Positions 1 to 8,612 of a stretch of DNA of 64,000 nucleotides are shown in pieces. The notes under the pieces are model-generated. The model saw only the letters and a program-made list of their open reading frames with translations, did no database searches and was not told the origin of the DNA. The position numbers were made by a program, and so were the translations under genes. Within the stretch, counting starts at the first letter, position 1; every line of letters starts with the position of its first letter. The DNA is taken from contig JBDROX010000044.1 in NCBI GenBank assembly GCA_043809645.1, positions 767 through 64,766 on the forward strand, given 5' to 3'. The stretch comes from Candidatus Magasanikiibacteriota bacterium (GTDB taxonomy: Bacteria > Patescibacteriota > Patescibacteriia > Magasanikbacterales > UBA922).

Positions 1-556
1 TCTGGCTACACTGAAAAATGTTTTGAATTTAAGAAAGGAATCAATCGACAGTAAATCATCAGCCATTGAGTTTACATTGCCAACAGTAAACAAAGATATT
101 ATGCTTTGTGTAGAACAAAAAATGAAAGAAACGGAAAAACAACTTAAACAATTCAATCAACCCGTCCAAACTCTTCTCCAAACCATCCCCGGAGTTGGAC
201 CTCTTACGGCTGTCGCCTGTATTTCAGAGATAAAAGATATTACAAGATTTAAAAAAGCAAAACAACTCATCGCCTTCATCGGTATAGACCCAAAAGTACA
301 CTAATCCGGATCTTCCATAGATAAATACAGAAAGATATCCAAACGAGGCAGTAAAATACTCCGCACCCGACTTTACAACGCCTGTAGTGTTGCCACGCTC
401 CGTGACAATCAATTCAAACACCATTTCCAAAAGAAAAAAAGCCAAGGCAAGCCCCATAGAGTAGCTATAGTCGCCACCATGAATAAAATGGCCAAAGTTA
501 TCCATTCCGTATGGACAAACAACACTCCTTACCAAGAACCGAATCAAGAGAGATAA
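1..556 (+). pseudogene. IS110-family transposase, C-terminal part, with an in-frame stop (5' part outside window)
   Basis: LLQTIPGVGPLTA...EIKDITRF...AFIGIDPKVH*SGSS...ISKRGSKILRTRLY...KGKPHRVAIVATMNK matches the IS116/IS110/IS902 domain. TAA at 302-304 interrupts a frame that continues to TAA at 554-556. Confidence 0.85.
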
Positions 557-559
557 TCA

Positions 560-586
560 TAAAAGAGAGGTTAAACCTCTCTTTTA
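560..586. terminator. Hairpin downstream of the IS110 gene
   Basis: taaaagagagg-ttaaa-cctctctttta inverted repeat. Confidence 0.55.
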
Positions 587-670
587 TACACAGGGTGGGC
601 TTGTGTGGGATATAGATAGTTGGGCGATGTAGCTACAAATACCTAATCCTTATTTGTGTTTAGTGTTATT

Positions 671-1159
671 TTACTTAGTGCTTTTGAAAGTTTTTCCAAT
701 GGCCTCAATCTCATTTAGCCTGTCAATTACATCTGGTTCTGGTTCCCAATTAATATAATACGAATAAACATTTTGGTTATCCTCTCCAATATATTTTTCC
801 ACCAAATGATTATACTGATCCCATTTTTCTTTTGGAACAATAACCAAAACAAATAGTGGCTTATCATCAAAGATAACATCAATGGCCATATTTGTTTCAA
901 ACCCATTTGTTTTATTATTCATTAAGTCTACGGTTCTATCAGAGGTTTTAAATCCGCGCCACGTGCTTGGAAATGTTAGCTCAAATTCGTATTTTTCATT
1001 CTTATATTTTTCAGAAGGGGTTAGTGATTGCTGGGTATTTTGTGGTGCAGGGATGATTGGCTGATTGGATTTACTGTTTATAAAAAAATATGTTGCTATT
1101 CCTGCCAGAATAACCATAACTCCTAAAATTGCAGTAACTATTTTTTTATTCATATTCAT
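671..1159 (-). CDS. Cassette 1: membrane-anchored hypothetical protein
   Basis: N-terminal TM helix, Pro/Gln linker, YKNEKYEFELTFPSTW motif typical of PsbP-like CPR exported proteins. Confidence 0.75.
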   Translation of the reverse strand: MNMNKKIVTAILGVMVILAGIATYFFINSKSNQPIIPAPQNTQQSLTPSEKYKNEKYEFELTFPSTWRGFKTSDRTVDLMNNKTNGFETNMAIDVIFDDKPLFVLVIVPKEKWDQYNHLVEKYIGEDNQNVYSYYINWEPEPDVIDRLNEIEAIGKTFKSTK

Positions 1160-1236
1160 TGTTATTAGTAGATTAATATTTTGTTATTGTGTCCAAAAAA
1201 TAAAATAAAGGGGTATTTGTAGCTATTTCGTATAAC

Positions 1237-1348
1237 GTTCGCGTGTATGCGATGTTTGCTGGCTGTATACTAACGCGAAGCGGTACAGCCAGCAAATATG
1301 GGTGCAGTGAGGAGGAGGTACGACGACGAACGGAACCGCATATTCTGT
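1237..1348. repeat. Spacer 1, branched attC-like hairpin element (112 bp)
   Basis: GTTC GCGTGTATGC GATGTT [TGCTGGCTGTA..GCGAAGC..TACAGCCAGCA] AATATGGGT ... GAACC GCATATTCTGT. Confidence 0.85.
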
Positions 1349-1394
1349 GTTGTACGATGTAATGAAAAATTTATCCATTAAAAATTATTTGGGG

Positions 1395-2213
1395 CTACTT
1401 TTTTGGGTAAGGAATTGGGAAAACTCCTTTTAACTTCATGACGGCGGGTGAAGCAGTTTTTGCATTCACTTTTGCCATAAAGTTGTACTTTTCAAGTGTT
1501 GTAAGCTCACTCGGATTCATTTCTGGGTGATATTTGTTGATTAAATTGGCCGTATCCATATCAACTAAATAACAGATTACATGGTTGGCCGCTTCAAGCA
1601 AACGATCAATAACGTCTGTTCGGTAAAGCTTGGCGAATTGGTCTAACAGGATACACGAAAAGCCTTTTTCTTTGATTTGTGCGATTTGCTGGAATACTTC
1701 TTCATCTAAAAAGTTATGAGCTTCGTCGATTGCGAGTGTGCGATTGTCACTGCCAACAACTTGCAAAAACTGTTTCACCAGGTAAGTGCCGAGCTTTTTT
1801 GTAACGTCTTCATCTAAAGTCTTGTAGTCCAGTCTGCATAGGAGAAACTTTTGGTCGTCTTTTTGCATTTCCATAAAGTCAATTTCTTTCTGGAACCTTG
1901 CCACATTTTCATCAAAGGTTCCTGTTTGCGCTTCAAATACTGTAACTTTGTCTGCCTTGCCTGCCGGAATATACGCTTGTATATCTCTAATGAGATCACC
2001 GTGAGGCTCAATGAGAATGCCTCCTCTTCCGTTGTAGATGTCCGAAATAATAATGTTTTCGATTGTTACAGATTTGCCTTGGCCTGAATGACCAAATAAA
2101 TACATGATTCCAGAACGTTCTTCTGAAGAAAGACTAAAAGTTTCTCCGTTTTCTAGTACACCAATTAGTGATAATCCTTCTTTGATGATGTTTTCCATAG
2201 TGTTTGTATGCAT
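1395..2213 (-). CDS. Cassette 2: compact P-loop ATPase, VirB4/TraD/HerA-like
   Basis: Walker A GHSGQGKS, GILIEPHGDL, Walker B LAIDEAHNF. Confidence 0.75.
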   Translation of the reverse strand: MHTNTMENIIKEGLSLIGVLENGETFSLSSEERSGIMYLFGHSGQGKSVTIENIIISDIYNGRGGILIEPHGDLIRDIQAYIPAGKADKVTVFEAQTGTFDENVARFQKEIDFMEMQKDDQKFLLCRLDYKTLDEDVTKKLGTYLVKQFLQVVGSDNRTLAIDEAHNFLDEEVFQQIAQIKEKGFSCILLDQFAKLYRTDVIDRLLEAANHVICYLVDMDTANLINKYHPEMNPSELTTLEKYNFMAKVNAKTASPAVMKLKGVFPIPYPKK

Positions 2214-2218
2214 ATGAA

Positions 2219-2269
<51 letters not shown>

Positions 2270-2330
2270 ATAAATTGTAAAAAAAGTAGCCCCAAATACA
2301 TTATAATAATTTTTCATTATTTCGTACAAC

Positions 2331-2394
2331 GTTTCTGGCTATGCGATGTTGCGTTAGCAATATGGGTGAAGCGAAGCGGAACCGCATAGCCAGT
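2331..2394. repeat. Spacer 2, minimal branched hairpin element (64 bp)
   Basis: GTTT CTGGCTATGC GATGTTGC GTTA GCAATAT GGGT GAA GCGAAGC GGAACC GCATAGCCAG T. Confidence 0.85.
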
Positions 2395-2407
2395 GTTAAG
2401 TGATGTT

Positions 2408-3016
2408 TCAATGAGAGCCCACCACTTTTAGCACAGGCTTCACATACTCATAAAATGGCTCAAACTCTGTATAAAGGTAAGCGTCTATTCCTGCCAGTTT
2501 TGCTCCCTCAACATGTGAAGCCGTATCATCAGTATACAAGATTTTGTCTTTATTAACGCCGAGCTCTCGGAAAATAAATTCATAAAATTCTGCCTGAGGT
2601 TTTTTGCTGCCAATTTCAGCGGAAGAAAAAATGCCGTCGAACAATTTTTCAAAGCCCATTTCATTTCTCATGTACTGTGTTCGGTATTTTTCTTGGTTGG
2701 TTGCCAGATAACACGAGACGGCATTTTTTCGTAACTCTCGAATTAAATCTACTACTTTTTGATCTGTTTTGTGCTCATATTGGAACCATTGCAGCAAAAA
2801 ACCGTCTACATCTCCATCCCATTTCCACTTTTTGAGCCACGGAACAATAACTTCCTTCAAGTCAGCTCTGCCTGTGAGGCACTCTTGAAAAATGCCTTTG
2901 TAGAAAGGAAGCATGTCGTCTGGAGATAAGCCTTGTGTTTGTTGGTAGTGAGTGCCGAACATCTCGGAGCGAATGACTACGCCGTCAGCATCAAAAAGTA
3001 TTACTTGTTTGTTCAT
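2408..3016 (-). CDS. Cassette 3: HAD-superfamily hydrolase
   Basis: ILFDADGVV motif I, ATNQ, KKP, YTDD motif IV. Confidence 0.9.
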   Translation of the reverse strand: MNKQVILFDADGVVIRSEMFGTHYQQTQGLSPDDMLPFYKGIFQECLTGRADLKEVIVPWLKKWKWDGDVDGFLLQWFQYEHKTDQKVVDLIRELRKNAVSCYLATNQEKYRTQYMRNEMGFEKLFDGIFSSAEIGSKKPQAEFYEFIFRELGVNKDKILYTDDTASHVEGAKLAGIDAYLYTEFEPFYEYVKPVLKVVGSH

Positions 3017-3073
3017 AAGAATTTTATGAATTTATTTTACAGAGATGTGGCTCTCATTGAAATTTCACTTAAC

Positions 3074-3202
3074 GTTCGCGTGTATGAGAAGTTTCGCCGA
3101 CTTCCTTATTATTTTAACATAGAGGAGGCGAAATTTGGGTGAAATAAAAAGTGCAACCGCTTAAAATCATTACCGCACTTTTTCTTGAACCTCATACACG
3201 CT
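3074..3202. repeat. Spacer 3, branched hairpin element (129 bp)
   Basis: GTTC GCGTGTATGA GAAGTTTCGCC...GGCGAAATTT GGGT...AAAAAGTGC...GCACTTTTT..GAACC TCATACACGC T. Confidence 0.85.
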
Positions 3203-3220
3203 GTTAGGCGATGTAAAATC

Positions 3221-3697
3221 TTATAAATAAAATTCTCCCAGAAGTTGAAAAATTTCTTCACTGCCAGTTTGCATTTCTTCTTTTTTTATCGATTTCAAAT
3301 CTATCCAACGTGGTTTTTCCGATTCATCTTCTTGATCTACTTTATCGTCATCTAATAATTTAGTAGTTACTGCTTTACAGAGATAAAAAAAGGACAAATT
3401 CTGGTACGCCTCATCTAATGGCTCATAATAGAAAAATACTTCCTGAAATTTGAGAAATTTTTCAACTTCTATTTCAATGCCCGTTTCTTCGCGTACTTCA
3501 CGTTTAATTGCATCCTCAAGTTTTTCCCCCAAATCAACACCACCACCCGGAAACCAATATTTACCAGTACTCTTAGTGTTACACAGTAATACTTTTCCAT
3601 TATTAATAATGATTGCATATCCAGCAGGACGAAAAACCAGCTTATCTTTTGCAATCATCTTTTTATCACCATGTAAAGTTGTACATTCTACTAGCAT
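3221..3697 (-). CDS. Cassette 4: NUDIX hydrolase
   Basis: Nudix box GGGVDLGEKLEDAIKREVREETG. Confidence 0.92.
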   Translation of the reverse strand: MLVECTTLHGDKKMIAKDKLVFRPAGYAIIINNGKVLLCNTKSTGKYWFPGGGVDLGEKLEDAIKREVREETGIEIEVEKFLKFQEVFFYYEPLDEAYQNLSFFYLCKAVTTKLLDDDKVDQEDESEKPRWIDLKSIKKEEMQTGSEEIFQLLGEFYL

Positions 3698-3742
3698 AGG
3701 GCATTGAAATTATTTTATTTATAAGATTTTATTTCGTCTAAC

Positions 3743-3834
3743 GTTTGCGTATATCTGATGTTGACCGGTGATAAGATACGCTGAAAGCGTATCGCCGGTC
3801 AATATGGGTGAGCGTAGCGAACCAGATATACGCT
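3743..3834. repeat. Spacer 4, branched hairpin element (92 bp)
   Basis: GTTT GCGTATATCT GATGTTGACCGGTGAT..GATACGCT GAA AGCGTATC GCCGGTCAATAT GGGT GAGCGTAGC GAACC AGATATACGC T. Confidence 0.85.
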
Positions 3835-3835
3835 G

Positions 3836-4402
3836 TTAGCTGATGTGCGCTTTTATTTTCTTTATAAAATCTGGCATTAACATTTCTAATTTCATGATAC
3901 TGTTCTGCAAAATTTCATCATAGATTTTTATTCTGGTTTCATAATTAGTCATTGCTCCATTATTAACTCTGTAACTTTCTCTACTTTGTATAGTTTCATT
4001 TATCTCGTTTGTAAGTTTTGTTATTTTTCTCATTTCTTCAAGTAAATCTGCTTGGTTTTTAAATAAGCTGGGACAATTCATTGTTAAAAAAGAAGAGAAG
4101 TCACCGTTTAGTTTAACTAGAGGCTTTACAATTATTTTTTTTTGTTCGAGAACATTTAGTTCTTGTAAGATTGTCTGCTTATTATCTTTAAGTTCTGAAA
4201 TATTTGTCTCTAATTCATGCGCGATTGTAGTTAAACTATTTTTTTCTTGTTTAATTGATTTATATTTGTCCCAAGCAATCGTTAGGGCAACTCCAATTAA
4301 TGCGACAATTACACCAGTAAAAAAAGAAAAATAATCAAAACTTACTGTGTTTTGCACAGGGGTATTATTTGGCTTCCATTCTGATATAGTTAAATTTTGC
4401 AT
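3836..4402 (-). CDS. Cassette 5: hypothetical protein with one TM helix and a helical domain
   Basis: 188-aa ORF whose TAA stop is part of the cassette-terminal TAAC core. Confidence 0.75.
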   Translation of the reverse strand: MQNLTISEWKPNNTPVQNTVSFDYFSFFTGVIVALIGVALTIAWDKYKSIKQEKNSLTTIAHELETNISELKDNKQTILQELNVLEQKKIIVKPLVKLNGDFSSFLTMNCPSLFKNQADLLEEMRKITKLTNEINETIQSRESYRVNNGAMTNYETRIKIYDEILQNSIMKLEMLMPDFIKKIKAHIS

Positions 4403-4439
4403 GTCTAATTGATTTTATAAAAGCGCATTTCAGCTAAAC

Positions 4440-4556
4440 GTATCCAAATATCTGAAGTTTGCTGGAGTGTAACGAAAGCAAATTTGGGTCGAAAAAGTTT
4501 TGCGTTCCTTAATTTAAAAATCTAATAAGGCAAAACTTTTGAGCCAGATATTTGGT
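4440..4556. repeat. Spacer 5, branched hairpin element (117 bp)
   Basis: GTAT CCAAATATCT GAAGTTTGCT...AGCAAATTT GGGT..AAAAGTTTTGC...GCAAAACTTTT GAGCC AGATATTTGG T. Confidence 0.85.
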
Positions 4557-4587
4557 GTTGTGTGATGTTGCCAAAAAGCTTCGTTGT

Positions 4588-4962
4588 TTATTGATCAATA
4601 ACTTTGTCTGTTTTCAAAACCTCTCGTTTGTCTTCACCTGTCGGCACTTGCTTGATAACTAGAAACTTCACAATTTCGCTAGTATGATTGATGAAGGTGT
4701 GCGGGGTGCTTTCTGTCTCAATCAAATCACCAGCTTTGACGATCTGACTTTCGATTTTATCGCCGACCTTCCACTCAGCAGTAAGTTCGCCTTCGATAAT
4801 ATACAAACTTTCCAAAATCTTCTCGTGGTGATGCCAGGTTTGAGTTGACCCCGCCACCTGCTCGTTGTAGTGCAATTCATACTCTTGGCGAAGATAATAG
4901 CGAACGTTTGTCCCTTCGGGTTTTGAAACAGACAAAGATTCCTCACGTTTAATTATTTTCAT
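4588..4962 (-). CDS. Cassette 6: cupin-domain protein
   Basis: WHHHEKILESLYIIEGEL and KAGDLIETESTPHTFIN cupin motifs. Confidence 0.85.
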   Translation of the reverse strand: MKIIKREESLSVSKPEGTNVRYYLRQEYELHYNEQVAGSTQTWHHHEKILESLYIIEGELTAEWKVGDKIESQIVKAGDLIETESTPHTFINHTSEIVKFLVIKQVPTGEDKREVLKTDKVIDQ

Positions 4963-5097
4963 AGCACTAATCTTATTTTTTAGAAAAGCTTTTTGGCAAT
5001 TTCGTACAACTATGTATATACCAACTTCTAAATATTTTTGCTGAGTTATAGTATAATTTACTCAGATAATTCCATTCAGAAGGTGGTTATGAATGGA

Positions 5098-5125
5098 ATT
5101 ATATCATGTGTGATATTGTCGGCAA
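5098..5125 (-). promoter_or_regulatory. Putative sigma70 promoter reading into the cassette array (Pc-like)
   Basis: Minus strand TTGCCG-16 bp-TATAAT with extended -10 TGn, about 90 bp before the first cassette. Confidence 0.55.
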
Positions 5126-5162
5126 ACTATCTTTATTATCAATTCTTATAAGCCTTCCCCCT

Positions 5163-5233
5163 AGCCTCTATATACTTCTTGGCTTCCAGTAGAGGGTTAT
5201 CTGCCTTGTAGATGCCTCGCCCAACAATAATAA
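5163..5233. repeat. 71-bp direct copy of the 3' part of the pyrD-E-F gene (other copy 6104-6174)
   Basis: AGCCTCT(a/c)TATACTTCTTGGCTTCCAGTAGAGGG...CCAACAATAATAA, one mismatch. Confidence 0.9.
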
Positions 5234-5280
5234 GGTATTGCAGTTATACAAGTCAGTTACTTAGTCATCAATTTAATTTT

Positions 5281-5994
5281 TTAATGAATACAATCTTTAT
5301 AAATTGAAGTGAGACCTGTAAATGAAAATAATTGATAATCAATTTCATTTAAAAATCTATGAATTTTTGTATTGCTATTTTGAAGAGATAGATCGTCGTC
5401 CTCAATGATAATTACTTTTGGTCTAAATTTTTCCCAATCATTACTCTTTAGGACATCAAAATTATTTCCTTCAACATCTATTGTTATGAAATCAATTTTT
5501 TGATTTCCTGGCATATGTTTACTTAAAATAATTTTCAACGGCAAGCATTTTATTGACCTTTCCTCAATAAAACGAATATATTTTTTTTAACATGATTTCT
5601 TTCTGTTCATGGTTAAAGGTGTTGCAACTTTTATGATTAAAGACATAATATTTTAAATTATTTTCATCCAAGGCAACACCATAATTTAAATTAATATCTC
5701 TTCTTCTGCTTCTATTAAAATATTTAATACTTTCAATATTGGGCTCAATATTTAGACCTTTCCAACCTTTCTTATAAAAAAAATTAGTATTAGAATAATG
5801 TTTGGGGTGGTATGCTCCAACATCAACATAAAAACCATCTTTTTTATTTCTAAAAAGATTTTCTATTAAAATGTCTTCACCAGATTGTGAATTTTTTTTG
5901 TAAATGTTCTAAAGAAAAAATTTTTGATATTTATAAGATTAAATAAATATTTATTTTCAATATTTATCAAAGACTCTTTTGCTCTATCTTTCAT
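5281..5994 (-). pseudogene. FkbM-family methyltransferase, frameshifted
   Basis: SQSGEDILI...DGFYVDVGAYHP...GWKGLNIEP and IDFITIDVEG...RPKVIIIE lie in separate, disrupted ORF pieces; very AT-rich. Confidence 0.8.
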
Positions 5995-6067
5995 ATTTTT
6001 TAATACTTCATTGAAAAAATAGAACGTGGCTAAATTATACTACTCTTGCTAGAGTAGTCAATACAAA

Positions 6068-8602
6068 TTATCTTCGAATTCTCTCCTTATATCCTCTCCA
6101 CCCAGCCTCTCTATACTTCTTGGCTTCCAGTAGAGGGTTATCTGCCTTGTAGATGCCTCGCCCAACAATAATAATGTCGCTGTCGTGCTCACCAATAATC
6201 TTCTCAGGAGTATTATATTGCTGACCGAGGTTATCTATGCCTGTATCCAGTTTAACACCTGGTGTCATGTTTAGAAAGCCTGGATCATCAAGCTGCTTCT
6301 TCATGGCGATGAAGCCAATTACAAAATCCTTATTCTTCCCAGCCATTTTCATTGTCTCCTCTGTATAACTTCCTGTCGCCAGGTTTCCACTTGAGCTCAT
6401 TTCAGATAGGAGGAGTAGGCCTCTGCCTTTTGGCATGCCGACTTCCCTGAGCCCGTCGATGATTCCTGGGCCTGGGACTGTGTGTGCGTTCACAATATCT
6501 GCCCAGTCAGAAATGTGGTACACACCTTTCTCATATTGCTGCTTCACAGTGTTTCCAATATCTGCAAATTTTCTGTCTTCGAAGATCATGAAGTTGTAGA
6601 TTTCTGCGAATCTCTTGAGTTCTGCTACGAGGTGTTCATCGAAGTCCTCGACAATGTCGATATGTGTTTTGAATAGACAGATTTCTGGGCCTAGCATATT
6701 GGCGAGGGTCAGGAGTTCGTACTTAGTCGTCACATCTGCTGCCACGCAGAGATTGGTTTTCTTGTCTTCCATGATGTTGAAGAGCCGTTTTGCACTCGGG
6801 TTTGTACAGAGCATTGCTCGGTCGCCGTAGGAAAGTCTTGTTTTATTAGGCTTACTTATTTTTTTAGGAGTTACCTGATTCTCTCGCAGAAAATTCTGAA
6901 CTCGGTCGTACATTTCTCTATCAATATTGTCTGCATTCAGGAGATTTGTAAGAAGTTCATCCATGGTGATTACAGCATGCGCCGTGTAACCTCGCTTTTC
7001 AATATTTTTTCTTCCACCATGTTGTCTGTCGAGGAGGACTACAATATCGTGGACACGGAGTCCTTCTGCCTCAAGTGGTTCCACTGTTTCAAAAACACTA
7101 GAGCCGCTAGTAATGAGGTCTTCGACCACAAGGCAAGTATTTCCTGTGTCAAAAGTACCCTCTATCGTTTGCTTCGTTCCATACACCTTCACTTCTTTCC
7201 TTCTCATGACCATTGGCTTGTTATGTGCCAGAGATAGTGCTGTGGCTATTGGGAGGGCTGTGTATGGGACACCACAGACACAGTCGAACTGGACATCATT
7301 TACCTTCTCCCACATCATGTCGGCGACCAGGGAAAGGATTTCTGGGTAGGAGACAATGACGCGTAGGTCAATATAGATAGGGGAGGTGATACCACTCTTC
7401 AGTGTGAACTCACCAAATTTGATAGCGTCGATCTCAAAGAGCTTTTGAATCAGAAATTCTTTTTTTGAGGCTATGAGTACTTGTTCAATAAGATCTGGCT
7501 TTAGTCCTACTTCGCTTGCCAGTCCTTCATGATATCTCATGGCAAGGTATGGATCCCACATCATACCAGTCGCGCTCATAGCTACGTCTGCACCGCGACC
7601 CAGCATTTCGTCGAAGTGTTCTGGCTTCGTGATTCCACCAACGCCAATGAGCGTGAGGTCGAGATGTTCTTCTTTGATAATCTTTCTTGCTTTTGAAATA
7701 AAGTCATAGGCGTGGTTTCTGATTGGTCCACCACAAACTCCGCTAGTCTCGCGACCTTCTCCAAGCGCCGGTTTTCCATTTTCATCAATCACTTTTCTTC
7801 CAATAGTATTGATACCACTAATTGCGCGTGCGCCACCTCTTGCTGCAGCCAAGAAGATGTCGCGCATGAATTCATTGTTTTCAAATACACCGACTTTGAT
7901 GATGAGTGGGATGTGTCCAATTTCTTTTGTAATCTTTGAGCAAATTTCTTCTACTGTATCTGGGTTTGTGTAGATACTTCCTTCTCCACTGCAGACATTT
8001 GGACAGGAGAAGTTCGCTTCTATGATTTTCGCTCCAGCATCTCTGGCAAGGGCTGCTGTCTTTACAAAGTCCTCTGTGAAGTCTTCTCCAGGAGTTGGTG
8101 TGCCGACGATAGAGACGACAAGTACTTGTCCGTCTCGAAGAGATGCGTTGGCTGCTTTGATATCTTTGATAAGAGTTTCGTTTCCAGAGCTTGGCATGCC
8201 AAAAGAATTCGTAATAGCAAAAGAATCCATTGAGTCAGTCTGGTGTGTTGTTTGTTGGAGTGGTGCATTATCGCTACCATCTAGATTTTCTGGAGCTATA
8301 TAGACAATATTCGGATGTGGGTGACCAGCATACTCTCGGTTTCGAATGGTTTTGTATGTGATGATATCGAACCCAAGGTGGGATGCGAGCGCGGTCCACT
8401 TTGACGTGAGGAGTGGGCCGGCTGGAACACCGATAGGAGATCGAACTTTGTAGCCCAGAAAATCAATGGCCGGTTTTTTTGATTTAGGTCTTTCTGGAAT
8501 GCTGCCTTCAAAAAAAGGACCATGCGCTGCGTTGTATTCGTAACTCTTGTGAATATCGTAGAGTGGGGGATTCTTTGGAAACCACTGCGGAATCTTGGTC
8601 AT
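6068..8602 (-). CDS. Trifunctional dihydroorotate dehydrogenase / orotate PRTase / OMP decarboxylase fusion (PyrD-PyrE-PyrF)
   Basis: Class 1 DHODH motifs (GVPAGP, TYKT, ANFSCPN, IGVGGI); OPRTase (YIDLR, VVEDLITSG); OMPDC (FEDRKFADIGNT, TPG, LGQQY, IIVGRGI). Confidence 0.88.
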   Translation of the reverse strand: MTKIPQWFPKNPPLYDIHKSYEYNAAHGPFFEGSIPERPKSKKPAIDFLGYKVRSPIGVPAGPLLTSKWTALASHLGFDIITYKTIRNREYAGHPHPNIVYIAPENLDGSDNAPLQQTTHQTDSMDSFAITNSFGMPSSGNETLIKDIKAANASLRDGQVLVVSIVGTPTPGEDFTEDFVKTAALARDAGAKIIEANFSCPNVCSGEGSIYTNPDTVEEICSKITKEIGHIPLIIKVGVFENNEFMRDIFLAAARGGARAISGINTIGRKVIDENGKPALGEGRETSGVCGGPIRNHAYDFISKARKIIKEEHLDLTLIGVGGITKPEHFDEMLGRGADVAMSATGMMWDPYLAMRYHEGLASEVGLKPDLIEQVLIASKKEFLIQKLFEIDAIKFGEFTLKSGITSPIYIDLRVIVSYPEILSLVADMMWEKVNDVQFDCVCGVPYTALPIATALSLAHNKPMVMRRKEVKVYGTKQTIEGTFDTGNTCLVVEDLITSGSSVFETVEPLEAEGLRVHDIVVLLDRQHGGRKNIEKRGYTAHAVITMDELLTNLLNADNIDREMYDRVQNFLRENQVTPKKISKPNKTRLSYGDRAMLCTNPSAKRLFNIMEDKKTNLCVAADVTTKYELLTLANMLGPEICLFKTHIDIVEDFDEHLVAELKRFAEIYNFMIFEDRKFADIGNTVKQQYEKGVYHISDWADIVNAHTVPGPGIIDGLREVGMPKGRGLLLLSEMSSSGNLATGSYTEETMKMAGKNKDFVIGFIAMKKQLDDPGFLNMTPGVKLDTGIDNLGQQYNTPEKIIGEHDSDIIIVGRGIYKADNPLLEAKKYREAGWRGYKERIRR

Positions 8603-8612
8603 ACCTATGGTG

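Noticed and set aside
5163-6174. DGR template/variable repeat pair
   Set aside because: Only one mismatch in the core, no adenine-specific pattern and no reverse transcriptase in the window.
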